From Candidatus Bathyarchaeota archaeon (GTDB lineage Archaea; Thermoproteota; Bathyarchaeia; Bathyarchaeales; Bathycorpusculaceae): a stretch of DNA of 43,845 nucleotides. The position numbers and the translations under genes were made by a program. Below the pieces are notes generated by a model. It was given only the letters and a program-made list of their open reading frames with translations, was not told where the DNA came from and searched no databases. Position 1 is the stretch's first letter, and every line of letters starts with the position of its first letter. The stretch spans positions 1 to 43,845 of the forward strand of contig CAWABA010000012.1 in NCBI GenBank assembly GCA_963780185.1, in the 5' to 3' direction. Positions 39,213 to 43,845 of the stretch are shown in pieces.

Positions 39213-39581
39213 CTTGGGATAGTTGCTTGTTTTTCTATGGGTAACTGCCGTTTTGTATGTTGAAAAGTGCCATTTTACATGCAAAAATGCCCAACTCATT
39301 TCTATGTTGAAGCATGTTGTTTCATAGTTGGTGCCTATTAGGTGCATCTAGTTGACCGGGAGGGTGAAGGTTGCATTCAAACACAAACGGCGTACCTGCG
39401 ACGCTGTTTTCATGTCTATTTGGCTTATCTAGATGGGCCTATTTGGTTCATCTAGAAAACCGTAGGGGGGCTGGGTACGAAAAAAGAAAACCCGACGAGG
39501 AAGGGGGTCTAGTATTTGTGACCAAAAACCATCACAAAAATGGAAAGCCCAAAATTGTTCGCAAAAACACGGGGCTCTGCG

Positions 39582-40133
39582 TCATTTTTGGCTATCTGTC
39601 TCGCCGTATTTTTCCATGATCTCTCTAATCACGTTCATGTTGCGGGTGGTTGCTTTCACCTTCAGCTTCGACTCCAAAAACGGGTTAGGCAGGGCGCCTT
39701 CTCCGCCGCCGTGGGTTACGCTGAAAGCCTCCGAGCCCCTGGCCGAAATGACTTCAGCAGTTGACTTGGGTATCGTTACAGGTAACGGCAACGGAAACTT
39801 GGATGGGGAATTCGGCAGCAAAGTCACCAAAAAACTTGTACCCTCAGTCGGTTGCCCCTTGAACGGGTCTGCCTCAATTATTTTCTTAAGCTGCGGAAAT
39901 GTCCGTACAAAAACAGCCACGTCATACCCGAGTGTCTCTCGAAGTTTCTTTGCAATCTTCATCTCAAGTTCTTGCGTGTCTTCGGCTTGCGTTTCGAAAA
40001 CAACGTTTCCGCTTTGCCTAAAAGTAACAACCTTCCGCAAACCCAACGACTCGAAAGCTTCCTGCAGCTTTTCCTTCTTGACAATGTGTCCGCCGACGTT
40101 GATTCCTCTAAGAAAAGCTACAAAGCGAGTCAT
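39582..40133 (-). CDS. DUF1697 domain protein
   Basis: FVAFLRGINVGG, V.TF.QSGNVVF, ATTRNMN. Confidence 0.9.
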   Translation of the reverse strand: MTRFVAFLRGINVGGHIVKKEKLQEAFESLGLRKVVTFRQSGNVVFETQAEDTQELEMKIAKKLRETLGYDVAVFVRTFPQLKKIIEADPFKGQPTEGTSFLVTLLPNSPSKFPLPLPVTIPKSTAEVISARGSEAFSVTHGGGEGALPNPFLESKLKVKATTRNMNVIREIMEKYGETDSQK

Positions 40134-40250
40134 TGAGGGTAATTCGGGTTTTACTGTTATAAATTTTGTCCAACGAAAATTTGTACATTGTAACTTGTAT
40201 ACAGATATATTTATTTGCTTGTTTCGCCAACTAACAGTTAGGATAGAGCC

Positions 40251-40459
40251 ATGACAGAAACAACCACCATAAGAGTTTCAAAACAGACAGCAGAAACCCT
40301 TGAAAATCTGCGAGAAAAATATGGCGCCCAAAGCATAGATGAAGCAATCCAAATACTCGTAAAACAGCAGCGGAAAGCCATTTTGGACAGATCTTTCGGC
40401 GCAGTCGCGGTCGAATAACACCTTTTACGGAGGCCGACCGCGGTGAAGATCGTGATTGA
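40251..40459 (+). pseudogene. vapB: VapB-type antitoxin, frameshift near 40405
   Basis: MTETTTIRVSKQTAETLE...SIDEAI; the tail ITPFTEADRGEDRD is in another frame and overlaps the vapC start. Confidence 0.7.
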
Positions 40460-40847
40460 CTCCTACGCTTGGATTGAGCATTTCCTCGGTACAGAAAAAG
40501 GGCGCAAAATAGATAATATAATGAAAAACGCTATGTGGTTTATACACCTGACACGGTTTTAGCAGAGGTTGCGCGGAAGTTTGTTCGAGAAGGCATTGAT
40601 GTTAATACTGTCAATGAATGGCTATCCGAAATAGTTGGGGCTTCCAGCATAATCTGTTTAGACATTAAACTTGCGATTGATGCAGCGCAATGCTCTATAG
40701 ATGGAAGCAAATGCCAGAAAATCAAAGTTAAATCATCCAAGTTTATTTGACGCTATACTGTTAGCAGTAAGCAAGTCCTTGGATTCAAAAGTTTTAACAG
40801 GCGACCAACATTTCAAGGATTTGCCGGAAACGCTTTGGGTAGGATAA
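40443..40847 (+). pseudogene. vapC: VapC PIN-domain toxin with two frameshifts
   Basis: VKIVIDSYAWIEHF...LAEVARK...SLFDAILLA...VLTGDQHFKDL when frames are stitched. Confidence 0.8.
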
Positions 40848-41016
40848 ACTAAGGTTTTGTACAGCTTATCTTGTTTTCGTAAGCTTTCGCCTGTTGTTTC
40901 CAGCCTCGGTTGCCAATCACTAGGCTTCTTGCCCCATTCAAAACGATTATTTTCATTGCAAACTACCGAGGTCAAGGCAAACTTTGACGTATTTCAGCAT
41001 TTAAGTTTTGGCATTT

Positions 41017-41924
41017 CTACTTTAGCAGCTTTAGCATTATTGCTTTTGCCGAGTACAGGCGGCTTTCTGACTGCTCAAAAATCACTGATTTGGGGCTGTC
41101 GATGGCTTCGGGGCTTATTTCGTAGCCGCGGTGGATCGGCATGTCATGCATGATGCAGGCGTTGCTGCCTTTGAGCAGTTCTGCGTTTATTTGGTAGGGC
41201 ATCATAAGTTTGATGCGTTTCTCTTTTTCAGCTGCGTACTTGGGGTCGGTGAAGAACTCCATGTCGATCCATGTGTCGGTGTAAACGAAATCCGCGTCCT
41301 TAACTGCCTTCTTCGCGTCCAGAGTTGATTGCCAAAGCCCTGTCTTTTTGGCTTCAGCCAGCACTCGTCGTCCCGTGCGGCTTCGTTGAAAAACGGCGTT
41401 ACCGTTGTAAGTTTGACTCCTGTTTTGGTGCAGCCTTCGATGAGTGAGTTGCATACGTTGTTATGTACGCCGATGTAGACCAACTTGACGCCTTTAAGCT
41501 TGCCCATCTTCTCTTTTACGGTGATTAAGTCCCCTACTATTTCGCTTGGATGATACTTGTCGTCGCAGCCGTTTATGACGGGAACCCGGCTGGCAGCAGC
41601 CATCTTCAACAGGTCCGAGTCGTAGAGAAGCCGAGCCATAATCATGTCGACGTTTCGCGACAAATAACGGATTTCGTCGCCGATGTCTGCCAACATGAAG
41701 TTAGTGGTTCGCCAATCAATAAACAATGCATGTCCGCCCAGCTGGGTAGCGGCAACTTCAAAGGAAACCCTTGTCCGCGTGGAAGTTTTCTGGAAAATCA
41801 GGGCGGAAGACTTACCGTCAAAAGCCTTACGGAATTTCTTGGGGTTATGCTTGGTTTCTATGCCTAAGTCAACAAGCGCGTTTAGGTCTTGGCTTGAAAG
41901 CTCTTTGAAATTGATCAGATGCAT
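41017..41924 (-). CDS. argF: Ornithine carbamoyltransferase, frameshift near 41365
   Basis: FQKTSTRTRVSFE, VPVING...HP, DFVYTDTW, MHDMP.HRGYE. Confidence 0.85.
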
Positions 41925-42116
41925 TTTGAGGTTACCCAGTACGCTGAATCAAGCCAGCAATTATAAGCTTTATGGAAAACGGCAACGACGAAAAACAAAT
42001 CTTTCCCACAAAACCACCTTCATCTGCGCCTTGCTCGCCTCGTGCCCCCTGGCTTCAGTCAGGTTCTAACAACGTTTTTAGAGAGAATCAACTTAGAATA
42101 TGCGGAAGCGCTCCTG

Positions 42117-42941
42117 ATGATCTTGCTTGTTCACTCAAGTCGCGATGTCGCAGGCGTCAACATAGCCCAAGGCATACTTGAGCATTATCCATTCACGAAG
42201 ACAAGCGATTCCTATCAAGAAAACCCGATCTACACGGCTGAGTTGGCGGCAAACAAATCAGTTTCCTAACGCTCAAAGAAGAAGCAGTCAACTCGCAGTG
42301 CCTCGGAGAAGACTTTCCAGACGCTCAGCTGGTTGTCTTCATTTCACGCCACAGCAGCCAAAGCGGCAAACCCACCCTTTCAGTGCACACCACGGGAAAC
42401 TTCGGTGAAGCCCAACTTGGCGGTTTACCCCGCAGCTTGTCGATTGCGCCTGCCGTCGCCATGCAAACGGCTCTTAGGGCGTTGTGCAGTTTGAAGCAGG
42501 AGTTGGGGCTTGATTATGAGGTTTCTTATGAAGGCACGCATCATGGTCCAACCTTGAATTTGCCTGTTATGTTTGTTGAGTTAGGCAGCTCCGAGACCCA
42601 ATGGAGCGATTTGGCGGCTGCACGAGTTGTCGGCGACGCAGCGATGACTGCCATAACCAATTTCTCCGACAAATCCGACGCGGCGGTGCTTGGCATAGGT
42701 GGACCGCACTACAACCAAAAATTCAGCCGCATGGCGCTATCGGGCGAAGCGGCGTTTGGACACATGATACCTAAATACGCGGTTTCCACAGTCGACGCGG
42801 AAATGATAATTCAGTGCGCCCAGAAAACTTTGGAGAAGGTTTCGTCGGCGGTTCTTGACTGGAAAGGAATCCAAAGTCAAGATAAACCAAAACTGATGTC
42901 GGCGTTGCAAGACGACTGGGTTGCCCTTCAAGAAAGTGTGA
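42117..42941 (+). CDS. dtdA: Archaeal D-aminoacyl-tRNA deacylase (DTD2), frameshifts near 42250 and 42915
   Basis: FISRHSS.SGKPTLSVHTTGNF, EGTHHGPT, FVELGSSE..W, GIGGPHY, GHMIPKY, DWKG. Confidence 0.9.
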
Positions 42942-43055
42942 CCTCGTTGGCGAAAAGGCTGATTTTTTCTGTAAATAATATTTTTTATCTGCGGGCTGAA
43001 TGAGTATTTTCTAGAAAATTTTTAATTCACTTGTGAATACATACCATTAAGCTAT

Positions 43056-43845
43056 TTGGAGTCGAAAAAACTGCCCGTTGAAATTATATTAGAAATGTAC
43101 GGTGAAAAGCCTGTGGTGATGCCGTTTTTCACGGGTCATGTTGCTAGGGGTTTGTTGTTGCATTTTATTCGGCTGGTTGATCCTGCCGCGTCCGGGTTGC
43201 CGCACGAGCTCAATATTTCCAAACCTTATAGTGTGACGCCTCTGCGGTTTAGAAGTAGCCAACGGACAAGCGAAGGTTATGTTTTGGATCCGCTGTTTCC
43301 TTGCAAGGTAGGTTTTAGGTTTTTGAAAGACGAGTACTCAACATATCTGCTTAATTTCTTTCAGAAACAGAATACTGCGTTGATTTTTGACACTACTTTC
43401 CAGATTGCCTCAATGAGTATAAACTGCAAAACCTATGCCGACTTGGAGAGGGAAGCCCAAGCGGTTGATGGGTTCACGTTGGATTTTAGGACGCCTACGT
43501 ATCTGGCGAACCTAAACAGCAGTTTTCACTGGATGTTTCCTGACCCCGTGAAAGTGTTCTGCAGCTTGATGCGGTGCTGGAACCAGTTCAGCGACGAGCG
43601 GCGCTTCACCAAAGAGGAATACGTAGCCTACAAGGACTGGCTGGGTAAAAACGTAGGCGTAAGCAGATACGAGCTGCAAACGCGCCTCGCAGTCATGCGC
43701 AACAAGAAAGCCACAGGCTTCACAGGCACCGTCACCTACGAACTCGGCGACAAAGAAAACCCCTACAACAAAACCACCCACATGCTCGCACACTACGCAG
43801 AATACGCCAACATAGGCGGAAACAAAACAGCAGCATACGGACAAA
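43056..43845 (+). CDS. cas6: CRISPR-associated endoribonuclease Cas6 (3'-partial; absent from the ORF track)
   Basis: Manual translation without stops: LPVEIILE...FTGHVARGLLLHFI...H...KPYSVTPL...LDFRTPT...FPDP.KVF.SLMR.WN.F...GFTGTVTY...AEYANIGGNKTAAYGQ (G-loop). Confidence 0.88.
   Translation, partial: MESKKLPVEIILEMYGEKPVVMPFFTGHVARGLLLHFIRLVDPAASGLPHELNISKPYSVTPLRFRSSQRTSEGYVLDPLFPCKVGFRFLKDEYSTYLLNFFQKQNTALIFDTTFQIASMSINCKTYADLEREAQAVDGFTLDFRTPTYLANLNSSFHWMFPDPVKVFCSLMRCWNQFSDERRFTKEEYVAYKDWLGKNVGVSRYELQTRLAVMRNKKATGFTGTVTYELGDKENPYNKTTHMLAHYAEYANIGGNKTAAYGQ

Noticed and set aside
27574-39369. Shared 12-mer GGGAGGGTGAAG at 27574-27585 (-) and 39358-39369 (+)
   Set aside because: 12-mer matches are expected by chance in 44 kb, the sequence is SD-like, and the flanks do not align.
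39616-40254. 212-aa plus-strand ORF and similar overlapping ORFs (e.g. 24759-25286, 38778-39347, 1485-1964)
   Set aside because: Antisense or alternate-frame shadows of well-supported genes, with no motifs.
43512-43844. 110-aa minus-strand ORF
   Set aside because: Antisense shadow of cas6.

Overview
Archaeal genomic window, most consistent with Bathyarchaeia (inferred from gene content and style: DUF106-cmk, archaeal DTD2, PEF-like sorting signal). About 1-11.7 kb looks like the distal end of a tailed-virus provirus. It carries a tail/LamG/alpha-toroid protein, small holin-like membrane genes and an ABC-ATPase-GNAT fusion, interrupted by two AT-rich cargo islands. Island 1 is an unassigned three-gene operon ending in a HEPN protein; island 2 is a convergent Panacea/RelE-like toxin-antitoxin pair plus a GmrSD (DUF262-HNH) nuclease. 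About 11.7-43.8 kb is host chromosome: EMC3/DUF106, cmk, a glycosylation cluster, mgtA, an ECF S-component, moeB, a large NHL surface protein, arsB, ilvC, vapBC loci and relics, argF, dtdA, and a cas6 that runs off the right edge and is missing from the ORF track. A decayed secreted-protein gene beside ilvC is bracketed by nested direct and inverted repeats resembling tyrosine-recombinase sites. Many genes, including housekeeping argF and dtdA, carry small indels, so sequencing or assembly error is likely and all pseudogene calls are provisional. No tRNA, rRNA or CRISPR array was seen.
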